From: a bacterium
Lineage (GTDB): Bacteria > CAYTYR01 > UBA6262
DNA length: 64,000 bases
Direction: 5' to 3'
Assembly: GCA_028712895.1 (NCBI GenBank)
Contig: JAQTPL010000004.1
Coordinates: 1,682 to 65,681, forward strand
Part shown: piece by piece, positions 50,410 to 59,994 of the stretch
How the letters are laid out: the number at the start of each line of letters is the position of its first letter
How positions within the stretch are numbered: the first letter of the stretch is position 1
Notes under the pieces: generated by a model
What the model saw: only the letters and a program-made list of their open reading frames with translations
Databases searched by the model: none
Told to the model about the DNA's origin: nothing
Translations under genes and position numbers: made by a program

Positions 50410-52698
50410 TTACTGTCTTTTAATATTCCACTCTTCTTCCATGACATCACCGTTGACACGTTGGGAATGATAGAATCCTACTTTTCTTTCTGGAAAAACT
50501 TTAAGATTGAAACGTACCCAAATTTCTTCTTCCAGCTGGTATTTGGTCCAGGATAATAGCATTTCCCAGCAATGCATATCACGGAATAATTGTACACTAC
50601 GCTCTGTTATCCTTGTCCCGGTAATCCTGAGCTGGTCATTACTCATTTGGTACTTGGTATGGACATTCAGCTTCCAGCTCTCGGAGAGCCAAAAACCAAC
50701 ATCACTTTGGATATCCAGGTTGCCTGGCACACTTTTTAAATAACTGGTTAGGAGCCCTGCACTCCACCGGTTCTTGGCCAAACGCAAATCCATACTCACC
50801 CGCTGGGTATTATGAGCTATTATATTATATTCCTCTGTCCCGCTAAGAGTGATCCAGTCATTCGGAGTAAGGGTTAACGTATTCACCAGGTTAGTGAACC
50901 GTTCCTTCCGGTTGACCGGAAAATAACCATTATGAATCAGGTTATAGCTGATACTGGAACGGAACCTAATCAATTGCTTCCGGGAGTAAACGACCAACGG
51001 ATCAGCCGTCGAATACTTTTGCAACACTAGATCAACGTTGTAACCCGGCACATACCGGCTTAGTTCCTGGTTCAAAATGTCCAGGTGCGGGCCAGTCATC
51101 CTGACTGGCAGCGCCTTTCTTGGACCTAACCTTGAAGCTTGGATTTGCCAGGGATATTTTCCCGGAACTTCTGGTAAGGTTTTGGCAGTCTTAATTTTCC
51201 TGGCAAACCTGAATTCAAAAGCAGTCGAAGCCAGGTTGGAAATCACGCCCCGTACCTCATTCGGCCGGGCCTTAAATTCTTCGGTATAACTGTGGCCCAA
51301 ATCCCAATCCAGATTATCAGTCACCCGGGTACGCAGGTTCAAGTTGGTAAAATACTGGGTGCGTAACACGTTCCTGGTATCCAGCAGGTCAACCCTGTCC
51401 TGCCATAGTTCGCGCAAACCGATTTGCGGCGTCAAAGACATGTTGCGGGTAAGCCCTAGCCTGTTGATCAGGGTCACATTAGTATTTCCATCCCAGAGAT
51501 AATACCCCTGGCTCTGGGTATATCCCCGTTTAGTCTCCAGGTTATACGTAAAATATAAGGGCGCTTTGCGCGAATAGCTCCAAGGCAAGCGTAACTGGTT
51601 GGTATTGAAGCTTACCCGAGGCGCATAGACATAGTCTGGCTTATAAGCCTGCGCTGTTTCATTCCAAAGATCCCGTCTTTCACCTAGTACCCTGAAGGTA
51701 TAGGTTTTTTCCAGTTTGCTCAAGGCTAAAAAAGAAGTAATATCATTATTTACCTGGCGCCAGGCTTCTTCTTCATAGCGCTTCTGAAAAGTCTGGTCGC
51801 TTTGTACTTTTACATTAGCCTGGGCAATCCAGGTCGGATCCAGACGCTGCCAGTGTGACACCACAGCATTCCAGCGGGATGCTTCCGGCAAGACCGGCGG
51901 TTCCAGCCGTTCTTTCTGGCGAATATGGTAATAGTACCAGGAGCCATTCATCCGGTCAGGATAATTATATTCAACCTGTGCGCCCTTGCCCCAGCCCAGA
52001 TATTCCATATAATCAAGGTATAGTTTCCCGTATATATTATCAGTCAAAGGATAACCGTACACTATCTTGGCAAAATCACCTTCCGTGCTATTGTGGCCGA
52101 CATAAACATTCAAGGTGTATTTCTTTTTTTTCAAAGATTGGTAATAGACCGGAAAATACAAGACCGGCAGATCCCCGATATAGAATCGGGCATGATGGCA
52201 GATCAAATATTTCTTGGGGTACACCGCGATCCGGCTAGCCTTGATCTGGAAATGCGGTTTTTCCAAGTCACAGGTAGTCATATAGCCAGTAGGCAGATAC
52301 ATTTTCTCCGGTCCCTGGCGTTCCATTTTCGGCCCGGTAATGTACCATTTATAGGCATATAATTTCCCGTAAGAAAGAACACCCTGTTTTGTTTTCAGGT
52401 TATAAGTTACTTCATGCCCGCTTAAATCCTGGTCTTTATCTTTGCCTACAACGTGCCCAACCGCAGTCACAGTTTCTTCTTTTAAATTATAAAAGATCTC
52501 ATCTGCCTCTAAATACATATCCCCGGAGGTTACCTGGGCATGGCCGGAACCGTAGACCAGGTCTTTTTGCTTCTGGTATTCCAGGTAATCAGCTTTGATG
52601 TCAACAGTATCCTCTGCTTCTGCAACAGTTGCTTCTACTAAAAAAAAAGGACTGAGGATTATTAAAAAGGCAATTATGCCTCTTACTTTATTAGCCAT
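50410..52698 (-). CDS. lptD: LptD/OstA-like outer-membrane LPS-assembly protein
   Basis: 762 aa with a signal peptide. N-terminal OstA-like repeats (DIKADYLEY...VTSGDMYLEADEIFYN). Large Tyr/aromatic-rich beta-barrel-like remainder. Confidence 0.6.
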   Translation of the reverse strand: MANKVRGIIAFLIILSPFFLVEATVAEAEDTVDIKADYLEYQKQKDLVYGSGHAQVTSGDMYLEADEIFYNLKEETVTAVGHVVGKDKDQDLSGHEVTYNLKTKQGVLSYGKLYAYKWYITGPKMERQGPEKMYLPTGYMTTCDLEKPHFQIKASRIAVYPKKYLICHHARFYIGDLPVLYFPVYYQSLKKKKYTLNVYVGHNSTEGDFAKIVYGYPLTDNIYGKLYLDYMEYLGWGKGAQVEYNYPDRMNGSWYYYHIRQKERLEPPVLPEASRWNAVVSHWQRLDPTWIAQANVKVQSDQTFQKRYEEEAWRQVNNDITSFLALSKLEKTYTFRVLGERRDLWNETAQAYKPDYVYAPRVSFNTNQLRLPWSYSRKAPLYFTYNLETKRGYTQSQGYYLWDGNTNVTLINRLGLTRNMSLTPQIGLRELWQDRVDLLDTRNVLRTQYFTNLNLRTRVTDNLDWDLGHSYTEEFKARPNEVRGVISNLASTAFEFRFARKIKTAKTLPEVPGKYPWQIQASRLGPRKALPVRMTGPHLDILNQELSRYVPGYNVDLVLQKYSTADPLVVYSRKQLIRFRSSISYNLIHNGYFPVNRKERFTNLVNTLTLTPNDWITLSGTEEYNIIAHNTQRVSMDLRLAKNRWSAGLLTSYLKSVPGNLDIQSDVGFWLSESWKLNVHTKYQMSNDQLRITGTRITERSVQLFRDMHCWEMLLSWTKYQLEEEIWVRFNLKVFPERKVGFYHSQRVNGDVMEEEWNIKRQ

Positions 52699-52701
52699 TG
52701 C

Positions 52702-53652
52702 TCATTCGCTTAACGCCAGCATTGCCGCCCCAATTACTCCAGCCTCTTCACCCAGTTTTGCCCGCACGATCTTGACATCATGCAGTGATACTGCCAGAGC
52801 CCGCTCTTTTATGGTTTTCATCATAGGATCTGAGATCAACTTGCCGGCGTTGGCTACTCCTCCTCCGATAATGATCTTTTCCGGATTAAAAATATTGATC
52901 AAACTGGCCAAACCTATCCCCAGATACACGCCTGTTTCCTGCCACAGCTCCAGCGCTAAGGCGTCTTTATAGAACGCTGCTTCTTCCAGGACCTTAGGAG
53001 TAATTTTAGAGAGGCTTCCTTCTACGATCTTAGTAATAATACTTTTCCGGCCGGCTTTTAATTTTTCAATGCAGCGATCCCTAATATGCGGAGCACCCAC
53101 ATATGCTTCCATGCAGCCATGATTACCGCAATTACACTTCCGGCCTTTGGATTCGACTGTAATATGGCCAATCTCTCCGGCTCCGCCACCGGCACCGCGG
53201 TAGATCTTGCCGTCAATAATTATGCCCCCGCCCACGCCTGTACCCAGGGTCACACAAATAATACTTTTCGCGCCCTTACCAGCACCGAATAAATATTCGC
53301 CGTAACAGGCTACATTAGCGTCATTATCTATTAAAACCGGCACATTGCATTCTTTTTTAAGTTCTTTTACAATAGCGATATTACGCCAGCGCAGATTGGG
53401 AGAAAACTGGATCACACCCCTGACATGATCGATCTGCCCGGCTGCACCGATACCAGCCCCCACAATTTGGCTGCAGCTGATATTCCTGACCAACACTTTG
53501 ATGTTCTCGATGATGGTCTTAATAACAAAACTGGCATCTTTATCGGCTTGCGTAGAGATCTTTATTTTTTCCTTGATCTGGCCTTTAAGGTCAACCAGGG
53601 CGATAGTGATGTTCGTTCCGCCCAGATCAACTCCGATACAATATTTAGACAT
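52702..53652 (-). CDS. glk: ROK-family glucokinase
   Basis: ATG 53652 after GGGGTGG. CIGVDLGGTN. Zinc motif CNCGNHGCMEAY. Confidence 0.8.
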   Translation of the reverse strand: MSKYCIGVDLGGTNITIALVDLKGQIKEKIKISTQADKDASFVIKTIIENIKVLVRNISCSQIVGAGIGAAGQIDHVRGVIQFSPNLRWRNIAIVKELKKECNVPVLIDNDANVACYGEYLFGAGKGAKSIICVTLGTGVGGGIIIDGKIYRGAGGGAGEIGHITVESKGRKCNCGNHGCMEAYVGAPHIRDRCIEKLKAGRKSIITKIVEGSLSKITPKVLEEAAFYKDALALELWQETGVYLGIGLASLINIFNPEKIIIGGGVANAGKLISDPMMKTIKERALAVSLHDVKIVRAKLGEEAGVIGAAMLALSE

Positions 53653-53662
53653 CAGCCACCCC

Positions 53663-53697
53663 AAAATAATCTCAAATTTCAAATCTCAATTTTTAAT
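53663..53697. repeat. A/T-rich array with 7-nt periodicity (AAAATAA TCTCAAA TTTCAAA TCTCAAT TTTTAAT)
   Basis: Read directly upstream of glk. Confidence 0.6.
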
Positions 53698-53718
53698 CGG
53701 TGTAATCATCTTTTTATT

Positions 53719-53757
53719 CTGTGCCGCGCCCGCCGAAGATTTAGTGGCGGGTAATCG
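53719..53757. repeat. GC-rich hairpin repeat, copy 1 (REP-like)
   Basis: ctgtgccgcgcccgccgaagatttagtggcgggtaatcg. Stem CCCGCC/GGCGGG. Lies directly 3' of the ABC ATPase stop codon. Confidence 0.8.
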
Positions 53758-53759
53758 TT

Positions 53760-54878
53760 TCAAATGATGGTTTTTTCTGTTTCCGCATCAAAAATATGGA
53801 TCTTGTTCATATTAAAAACAACTTCCAAGTCTTTTTCCACTTCTGCTTTCACATGCGAGTCAAGCTTGGCCAGGAACAGTTTATTACCAGAAGACAAATG
53901 GACATAGATCTCGCTGCCCATCGGCTCGATCACATCGACTTTCATTTTGACCGGGCAGCACCCCGGTATACTGCGGGCAAAGAACTTATCATAAATATCT
54001 TCCGGCCTTATCCCGAATACTATTTTCTTATCCACACAATGTGCCAGCAGGTCTGAGATCGGGCTATTGATCTTCAAGGTGAGCTTACCATCTTCCAGGT
54101 ATAAACCGTCACTTTTCTTGACTACGGTACATTCGATGAAGTTCATCGGCGGGCTGCCGATAAATCCAGCCACGAATTTATTTACTGGTTTATCGTAGAG
54201 CGTCAGCGGATCGGCAATCTGCTGGATCAAACCATCCTTCATGACCACGATCTTATCACCCATAGTCATGGCCTCGATCTGGTCATGGGTCACATAAATG
54301 ATCGTGGCTTCCAGTTTCCGGTGTATTTTCTTGATTTCCGTCCTCATTTGCACCCGCAGTTTAGCGTCCAGGTTGCTGAGCGGTTCATCAAACAGAAATA
54401 CTTTCGGCCTTCTGACAATAGCCCGCCCAACCGCCACTCTCTGTCTTTGCCCTCCGGACAGCGCCTTCGGTTTCCGGTTCAAGAGATGAGTAATACTCAA
54501 TATTTCGGCCGCTTCTTCAACTCTTTCTTTGATCTCTTTTTTAGGCAATTTACGCAATTTCAGGCCAAAAGCCATATTATTAAACACAGTCATATGCGGA
54601 TACAGGGCATAATTCTGGAAAACCATGGCAATATTCCTGTCTTTAGGCTGCATATTATTGACCATAGTATCGCCAATCCAGATCTCCCCTTCTGTAGACT
54701 CTTCTAAGCCTGCTACCATACGCAGTGTCGTGGTCTTGCCGCAGCCTGAAGGACCGACAAAGATGCAAAATTCCTTATCCTTGATCTCCAGGTTAAAATC
54801 TTTTACCGCCCAAACATCTTCGCCGCTTTTCTTGCTCTTAAATAGTTTGCCTACGTGTTTTAACACCACATCAGCCAT
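53760..54878 (-). CDS. sugar ABC transporter ATP-binding protein (MalK/UgpC/MsiK type); no permease adjacent
   Basis: Walker [10 protein letters not shown], signature LSGGQRQRV, Walker [13 protein letters not shown]-terminal TOBE-like domain. Confidence 0.85.
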   Translation of the reverse strand: MADVVLKHVGKLFKSKKSGEDVWAVKDFNLEIKDKEFCIFVGPSGCGKTTTLRMVAGLEESTEGEIWIGDTMVNNMQPKDRNIAMVFQNYALYPHMTVFNNMAFGLKLRKLPKKEIKERVEEAAEILSITHLLNRKPKALSGGQRQRVAVGRAIVRRPKVFLFDEPLSNLDAKLRVQMRTEIKKIHRKLEATIIYVTHDQIEAMTMGDKIVVMKDGLIQQIADPLTLYDKPVNKFVAGFIGSPPMNFIECTVVKKSDGLYLEDGKLTLKINSPISDLLAHCVDKKIVFGIRPEDIYDKFFARSIPGCCPVKMKVDVIEPMGSEIYVHLSSGNKLFLAKLDSHVKAEVEKDLEVVFNMNKIHIFDAETEKTII

Positions 54879-56169
54879 TTTGCTCTCCTCCGTTATTCAG
54901 CTTAATTAAGTATTTTCTTGCTTCACCGACAGTATATAATGAACCCGAGATAGTCACCAGGTCTTTTTTCCCGGCCAGTTTCAGCGCCTGTCTTATAGCT
55001 TGCGGGATAGAACCAGCTACTGAAACCTGCTTATTAGCCGGCCATAATTCCCTGATTCTTTGCGGATCCAGAGCCCTATCCGAGCCAGGCCGCACCAGGA
55101 TGCTCCGCTCAACCAATGGAGCTATGATCTCAACCATCCGGCGATAATCTTTATCCTTCAAAACACCAAAGATCGAAACGATCTTAGTCCCACCGGATCT
55201 CAAGGCTTGCAGATTCTCTGCCAGGGATCTCATACCTGCCGGATTATGGGCGCCGTCTAAAAGAACGGTTCGTAGTTCGTGGTTCGTGGTAAAAACCTTA
55301 AAGAGCTCCAAGCGACCGGGCCAAAAAGCTTTTGCCAAACCTTGTTTAATTGCCTGTTCTGATATTTTGACGCCTTGCTGTTGTAATTCCTTGATCACAG
55401 CTACAGTGCAAGCGGCATTTATTCTTTGATGTAATCCCTTAAGGCCGATACTCCAGCCTGCCGGGATCTTGATACTTTTATCTGCCCTGACCAGCCGGGC
55501 ATGTTTCTTCCTGCATTGTTCCTTGAGCACTGCCAATACTTCAGGTTGCGTTGCCGCAGTCACAACGAAACTGTTCTTTTTTATGATAGCCGCTTTTTCG
55601 CGGGCAATTTTCCTTAAAGTGCTACCCAGATATTCGGTATGGTCATAATCCACATTAGTGATCACTGCCACCAGCGGACTCTCAACCACATTGGTCGCAT
55701 CAAGCCTGCCGCCCATGCCTGTTTCAATGACCGCCAAGTCAATCTTTTCCCGGTCAAAATAAATATAAGCGACTGCGGTTAGCATTTCAAAATAGGTCAG
55801 TTTTAGCCGCAGGGAATCGCACACTGATTTTACTTCACAAATCAAGCTGGTAAATATGGCCTGGTCAATATCCTGACGGTTTATCTGTATGCGCTCGGTC
55901 ACCTCCGCTAAATGGGGGGAGGTATATAGACCAACCCTGAATCCGCTTGCCTGCAGGATACTGGACAGGAAAGCGCAAACTGAACCTTTGCCGTTAGTTC
56001 CAGCCACATGAATCACCGGTACCTGATCTTGGGGATAGTTAAAAAAAGCCAGTATTTTCCCTATCCTATTCAGATCAAATTTCATCCCGAGCAAAGCCAA
56101 GCTTTCCAGGTAGCGAATAGCGTCTTTAAAAGAACCAATTTTTTTATTATAACACATCAAACTACTCAA
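54871..56169 (-). CDS. folC: folylpolyglutamate synthase / dihydrofolate synthase
   Basis: [18 protein letters not shown]. The track start is TTG 56169, and ATG at 56157 is an alternative. Confidence 0.85.
   Translation of the reverse strand: MSSLMCYNKKIGSFKDAIRYLESLALLGMKFDLNRIGKILAFFNYPQDQVPVIHVAGTNGKGSVCAFLSSILQASGFRVGLYTSPHLAEVTERIQINRQDIDQAIFTSLICEVKSVCDSLRLKLTYFEMLTAVAYIYFDREKIDLAVIETGMGGRLDATNVVESPLVAVITNVDYDHTEYLGSTLRKIAREKAAIIKKNSFVVTAATQPEVLAVLKEQCRKKHARLVRADKSIKIPAGWSIGLKGLHQRINAACTVAVIKELQQQGVKISEQAIKQGLAKAFWPGRLELFKVFTTNHELRTVLLDGAHNPAGMRSLAENLQALRSGGTKIVSIFGVLKDKDYRRMVEIIAPLVERSILVRPGSDRALDPQRIRELWPANKQVSVAGSIPQAIRQALKLAGKKDLVTISGSLYTVGEARKYLIKLNNGGEQNG
55268..55288. repeat. 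heptamer x3 (GTTCGTA GTTCGTG GTTCGTG) inside the folC coding sequence, in frame
   Basis: 21 nt encoding T-N-H-E-L-R-T on the minus strand. Codon phase checked against the ORF coordinates. Confidence 0.85.
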
Positions 56170-56224
56170 CTACAATCTCTTTCGTTTTCGAATTACTCGA
56201 ATTTGCACTATTCGTGTTATTAGC

Positions 56225-56246
56225 TATCATTCGGCTTCTATTCGTG
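56225..56246. repeat. conserved post-stop motif (mRNA sense CACGAATAGAAGCCGAATGATA), accD-folC spacer
   Basis: Near-identical cores occur at 62184-62204 and 63282-63302. Confidence 0.7.
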
Positions 56247-56247
56247 T

Positions 56248-57069
56248 TCACCCTTTATAAAGGTAGTCCAAAAGTTTATCGATAGTATCTTTCAGGTTTC
56301 TTCGTTCTACCACCATATCTACCATGCCATGAGTTACCAGGAATTCAGAACGCTGGAAACCCGGCGGCAACTGCTGGCGGATAGTCTGCTCAATTACCCG
56401 GGGACCGGCAAAACCGATCAAAGCTTTTGGTTCAGCCAAATTCACATCCCCCATCATGGAAAAACTGGCAGTTACCCCGCCGGTAGTCGGATTAGCCATG
56501 ATCGATATATAGGGTAATTTATTCTCTCCCAGTTTGGCCAGGGCGGCGCACGTCTTAGCCATCTGCATCAGCGATAAAATGCTTTCCTGCATCCTGGCTC
56601 CGCCGCTCACTGAGACAATGATCACCGGCAACCTCTTAGCGATCGCTTTTTCCACCATCCGGGCGATCTTTTCTCCTACTACCGAGCCCATACTACCGCC
56701 TAAAAAACTAAAATCCAGCAATCCTACCCCGACCCGGTGATGGCCAATATCGCCGATACCGGTAATGATCGCTTCATTAAGCCCGCTTTTCCTGGTATTA
56801 TCCTTGAGCCGGTCTTTATATTTTTTCAGATCATTGAATTCCAGCGGGTCACAGGGTTTCATATGGACATCTAATTCGACAAAAGTCTTCTTTAGGCATA
56901 ATTGCGCCAACCGCTCCCTGGCCGACAAGGTAAAATGATAATCGCATTTAGGGCAAACTTTCAGGTTTTTCTCCAAGTCCTTATTAAAAATAATCTGAGT
57001 GCAGCCTGGGCATTTGGTCCACAAACCTTCAGGCACATTTTTCTTTTTCTTTGGATTTTTGACCGCCAT
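56248..57069 (-). CDS. accD: acetyl-CoA carboxylase carboxyltransferase beta subunit
   Basis: Zinc ribbon CPGC...CPKC. ATG 57069 after GAGGTG (the track start is GTG 57075). Confidence 0.9.
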   Translation of the reverse strand: MAVKNPKKKKNVPEGLWTKCPGCTQIIFNKDLEKNLKVCPKCDYHFTLSARERLAQLCLKKTFVELDVHMKPCDPLEFNDLKKYKDRLKDNTRKSGLNEAIITGIGDIGHHRVGVGLLDFSFLGGSMGSVVGEKIARMVEKAIAKRLPVIIVSVSGGARMQESILSLMQMAKTCAALAKLGENKLPYISIMANPTTGGVTASFSMMGDVNLAEPKALIGFAGPRVIEQTIRQQLPPGFQRSEFLVTHGMVDMVVERRNLKDTIDKLLDYLYKG

Positions 57070-57087
57070 GTTCACCTCAGGAAATAC

Positions 57088-57170
57088 AGTTTTGAGTTAG
57101 AAGTTTTAAGTTATAAGTTTAGGTGAAAAGCTTTTACCTTAATTCAAAACTCAAAACTCAAAATTCAAAA
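57088..57170. repeat. long imperfect hairpin built from GTTTTGA-type heptamers, centred on AAGCTT (57128-57133)
   Basis: The right arm 57143-57170 is TTCAAAA CTCAAAA CTCAAAA TTCAAAA and overlaps the trpA stop. The left arm is its degenerate reverse complement. Confidence 0.7.
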
Positions 57171-57953
57171 CTTCTTTAGATTTCTAACAAACTTGCCAAC
57201 TTTCTCGACTAAATCCTTTTTCCCGATATTTTTTTCAATGATAGTGACTATTGCGCTGCCGACTATTACCCCGTCAAACCAGGCGGATAGCTGTTTCACC
57301 TGCCGGGCATTGGAAACGCCAAATCCGACAGCAACCGGCTGATTAATATAACGCCGTAGTATCTGGGCATGCCTGGCGATATCCTGCGGCAGGCCGGTCC
57401 TGGCCCCGGTGATGCCGGTAACTGACACATAATACACAAATCCGGAAGACTCTTTATTGATCAAGCCTAACCTTTTTCCACTGGTAAGCGGTGATACTAA
57501 AAAAACTGGATCAAGCTTATGTTTCTTTAGTATCCTGCTGGCTTTTTTACCGCTTTCCGGCAACAGGTCAGGAATAATAAACCCATCTACCCCTGATTTC
57601 TCTGCCTCCCGGGCCAGGTTTTCCAGGCCGAACTGGTATACGGGATTAAAGTAGGTCATCAACAATATCGGAATCTGGCTTTTTTGCCTGATCTTACGTA
57701 CTAGGCGAAGTATATCGGCCAGGGAAGTTCTATTTTTTAATGAACGTAAAGCAGCCCGCTGGATAGTCGGACCATCAGCGATCGGGTCACTGAAAGGGAC
57801 TCCCAATTCGATAATATCTGCCCCATTCTTTTCCAGTTCCAAAACCAGTTCACCGGTAGTACGCAGGTTCGGGTCACCGGCGCAAATATAGGTGATCAGC
57901 GCCTTTTTATGCTGCTTTTTCAATTCTTTGAATTTAGCTTCGATGCGATTCAT
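57165..57953 (-). CDS. trpA: tryptophan synthase alpha chain
   Basis: IELGVPFSDPIADGPTIQ. 262 aa. Confidence 0.9.
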   Translation of the reverse strand: MNRIEAKFKELKKQHKKALITYICAGDPNLRTTGELVLELEKNGADIIELGVPFSDPIADGPTIQRAALRSLKNRTSLADILRLVRKIRQKSQIPILLMTYFNPVYQFGLENLAREAEKSGVDGFIIPDLLPESGKKASRILKKHKLDPVFLVSPLTSGKRLGLINKESSGFVYYVSVTGITGARTGLPQDIARHAQILRRYINQPVAVGFGVSNARQVKQLSAWFDGVIVGSAIVTIIEKNIGKKDLVEKVGKFVRNLKKF

Positions 57954-57956
57954 GTT

Positions 57957-57977
57957 CGTCGTGCGTCGTGCGTCGTG
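57957..57977. repeat. heptamer tandem array CGTCGTG x3, abutting the trpA start codon
   Basis: Read directly. On the mRNA strand it is GCG(CACGACG)x3 AAC ATG. No purine-rich SD is visible. Confidence 0.85.
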
Positions 57978-58023
57978 CGCTTTTTTGATTGCGTAATACG
58001 CATCACTCAGAACTCCCGACGTT

Positions 58024-59202
58024 TTAAGCCTCCCGCCTCATTATTTGTTCCATATCTTTATCCCCACGCCCTGAAAGACAAACAATGATAATTTTGTTCT
58101 TATCCAGCGGGGGTGCGATTTTTCTTAAATAAGCCAAAGCGTGAGAACTTTCTAAAGCCGGTAAAATACCTTCTTGCCTGGCCAGCAGGTCAAAAGCAGC
58201 CAGCGCTTCCTGGTCCGTAGCATTGACATACTCTGCCCGGCCAGTGTATTTATAATAACTGTGCTCCGGGCCTACTCCGGGATAATCCAGCCCGGCAGCG
58301 ATAGAATGTGTTGGGGAAACCTGCCCGTTCTTATCCTGCAATAAATATGACTTTGAACCATGCAGGATACCAACGGTGCCTTTAGCCATGGTCGCGGCAG
58401 TATGCGGCTTGTTCACCCCTGCCCCGGCTGCTTCAACACCGATAAATTTCACTTTTTTATCGTTATAAAACGGATAAAACAGGCCAATAGCGTTACTGCC
58501 GCCATTAACGCAAGCTAATAAATAATCAGGTAAACGTTTTTCCGCTTTTAAGATCTGCTTTTTCGCTTCCCGGCCGATCACAGTTTGAAAATCCCTGACG
58601 ATCAGCGGAAATGGATGCGGTCCGGCACAGGATCCCAGCATATAATGCGTAGTGCGCACATTGGTCACCCAATCTCTCAAAGCCTCATTCATCGCGTCTT
58701 TCAGGGTCTGGGTGCCGCTGGTCACGGAGATGACTTTCGTGCCCAGTTTTTGCATCCGGTACACATTCAGTTTCTGCCGCTCTATATCTTCAGCACCCAT
58801 ATATACTTCGCATTGCAGTTTAAACAATGCCGCGACAGTAGCCACGGCTACGCCATGCTGCCCGGCGCCGGTCTCGGCAATTATTCTTTTCTTCCCCATA
58901 CGCACTGCCAGCAGGGCTTGCCCGATAGTATTATTTATTTTATGAGCACCAGTGTGAGCCAGGTCCTCCCGTTTCATATAGATCTTCGCACCGCCATATA
59001 GGTTGGTCAGATTCCTGGCAAAATACAATGGCGTAGGCCGGCCGGCATATTCAGTCAGGTAATAAGCCAATTCCTTTTTAAAGGCGGCATTATTCCTCAC
59101 CTGGCGGTAAATTGTTTCCAATTCTTCCAGTGCCGGCATCAATGTTTCCGGCACGTACTTTCCGCCGAAAGGACCAAAATATCCATTCCTGTCTGGTAAC
59201 AT
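58024..59202 (-). CDS. trpB: tryptophan synthase beta chain (TrpB1 type)
   Basis: [14 protein letters not shown] (PLP Lys), GGGSNAIG-like VNGGSNAIG. Confidence 0.9.
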   Translation of the reverse strand: MLPDRNGYFGPFGGKYVPETLMPALEELETIYRQVRNNAAFKKELAYYLTEYAGRPTPLYFARNLTNLYGGAKIYMKREDLAHTGAHKINNTIGQALLAVRMGKKRIIAETGAGQHGVAVATVAALFKLQCEVYMGAEDIERQKLNVYRMQKLGTKVISVTSGTQTLKDAMNEALRDWVTNVRTTHYMLGSCAGPHPFPLIVRDFQTVIGREAKKQILKAEKRLPDYLLACVNGGSNAIGLFYPFYNDKKVKFIGVEAAGAGVNKPHTAATMAKGTVGILHGSKSYLLQDKNGQVSPTHSIAAGLDYPGVGPEHSYYKYTGRAEYVNATDQEALAAFDLLARQEGILPALESSHALAYLRKIAPPLDKNKIIIVCLSGRGDKDMEQIMRREA

Positions 59203-59221
59203 TTCAAAACCTCTATCGAAT

Positions 59222-59290
59222 TACGCGAATTAAAAGATGCTAATTACTCGAATTTTTATTCGAGGTATTCGCTATCATTCGCTATATTCG
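59222..59290. repeat. CGAAT-word array with a perfect 7-bp hairpin (ctcgaat-tttt-attcgag, 59247-59264), trpF-trpB spacer
   Basis: ATTCG recurs at 9-10 nt spacing. The array runs into the last codons and the stop of trpF. Confidence 0.7.
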
Positions 59291-59920
59291 TGACTTTGCT
59301 TTATTAATGAAGTCTTTCATCTTGTCATAATCTTTACGCTTGGGCGAACGTTCTATCCCGCTGGCCACATCTGCAGCAAATGGTTTTGCCTTGTCCACTG
59401 CCTCTTGCACGTTTTCCGGGGTCAGCCCGCCAGCCAGAAATATTGGTTTCCCTAGTTCCTTGGCCTTTAATGCCAAATCCCAGTTAAATGTCGCGCCTGT
59501 CCCACCGGCGATACCTTCAACATACACATCCAGTAAAAAATAATCAGCTATTTCCAAGTAAGGTCTCATCGAATCAAACACTGTTTCGTCCTTGATTCTA
59601 AAAGCTTTGATAATTTTTATACCGGGGACCGCTTCTTTAATTTGCCGGCAATATTCCACTGTTTCTTCCCCGTGCAATTGGACCAGGGATAAACTCAATT
59701 TTTTAACCAGTTTAACTATGTTCTTAATATCTTCATTGACAAAAACACCAACGCTGGAAACAAAAGGAGGGATCTCCTTCAGTATTTCTAAAGCATTTTG
59801 GGGCGAAATCTTTCTTGGACTATCCTTAAAAAAGTTTAATCCAATGAAATCCGCCCCTAAATTAGCTGCCCAGGTCGCATCTTGCGCACAGGTTATTCCG
59901 CAAATTTTTATTTTTACCAA
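59282..59920 (-). CDS. trpF: phosphoribosylanthranilate isomerase
   Basis: TTG start. VKIKICGIT ... FLAGGLTPENV. Confidence 0.85.
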   Translation of the reverse strand: MVKIKICGITCAQDATWAANLGADFIGLNFFKDSPRKISPQNALEILKEIPPFVSSVGVFVNEDIKNIVKLVKKLSLSLVQLHGEETVEYCRQIKEAVPGIKIIKAFRIKDETVFDSMRPYLEIADYFLLDVYVEGIAGGTGATFNWDLALKAKELGKPIFLAGGLTPENVQEAVDKAKPFAADVASGIERSPKRKDYDKMKDFINKAKSRI

Positions 59921-59953
59921 TATACCATCCTATGATTTAGTTATTTCTTTAAT

Positions 59954-59992
59954 CTGTGCTGCGCCCGCCGAAGCCTTAGTGGCGGGTAATCG
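59954..59992. repeat. GC-rich hairpin repeat, copy 2 (REP-like)
   Basis: ctgtgctgcgcccgccgaagccttagtggcgggtaatcg. Differs from copy 1 at 3 positions by eye. Lies directly 3' of the TrpB2 stop codon. Confidence 0.8.
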
Positions 59993-59994
59993 CG

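Noticed and set aside
53760-54878. Orphan MalK-like ATPase as a novel system component
   Set aside because: Stand-alone shared sugar-ABC ATPases (MsiK/MsmK type) are well known, and its motifs are canonical.
46157-57980. Heptamer and CGAAT arrays as a CRISPR array
   Set aside because: The units are 7-10 nt with no unique spacers and only 2-5 copies per site, and no cas genes are present.
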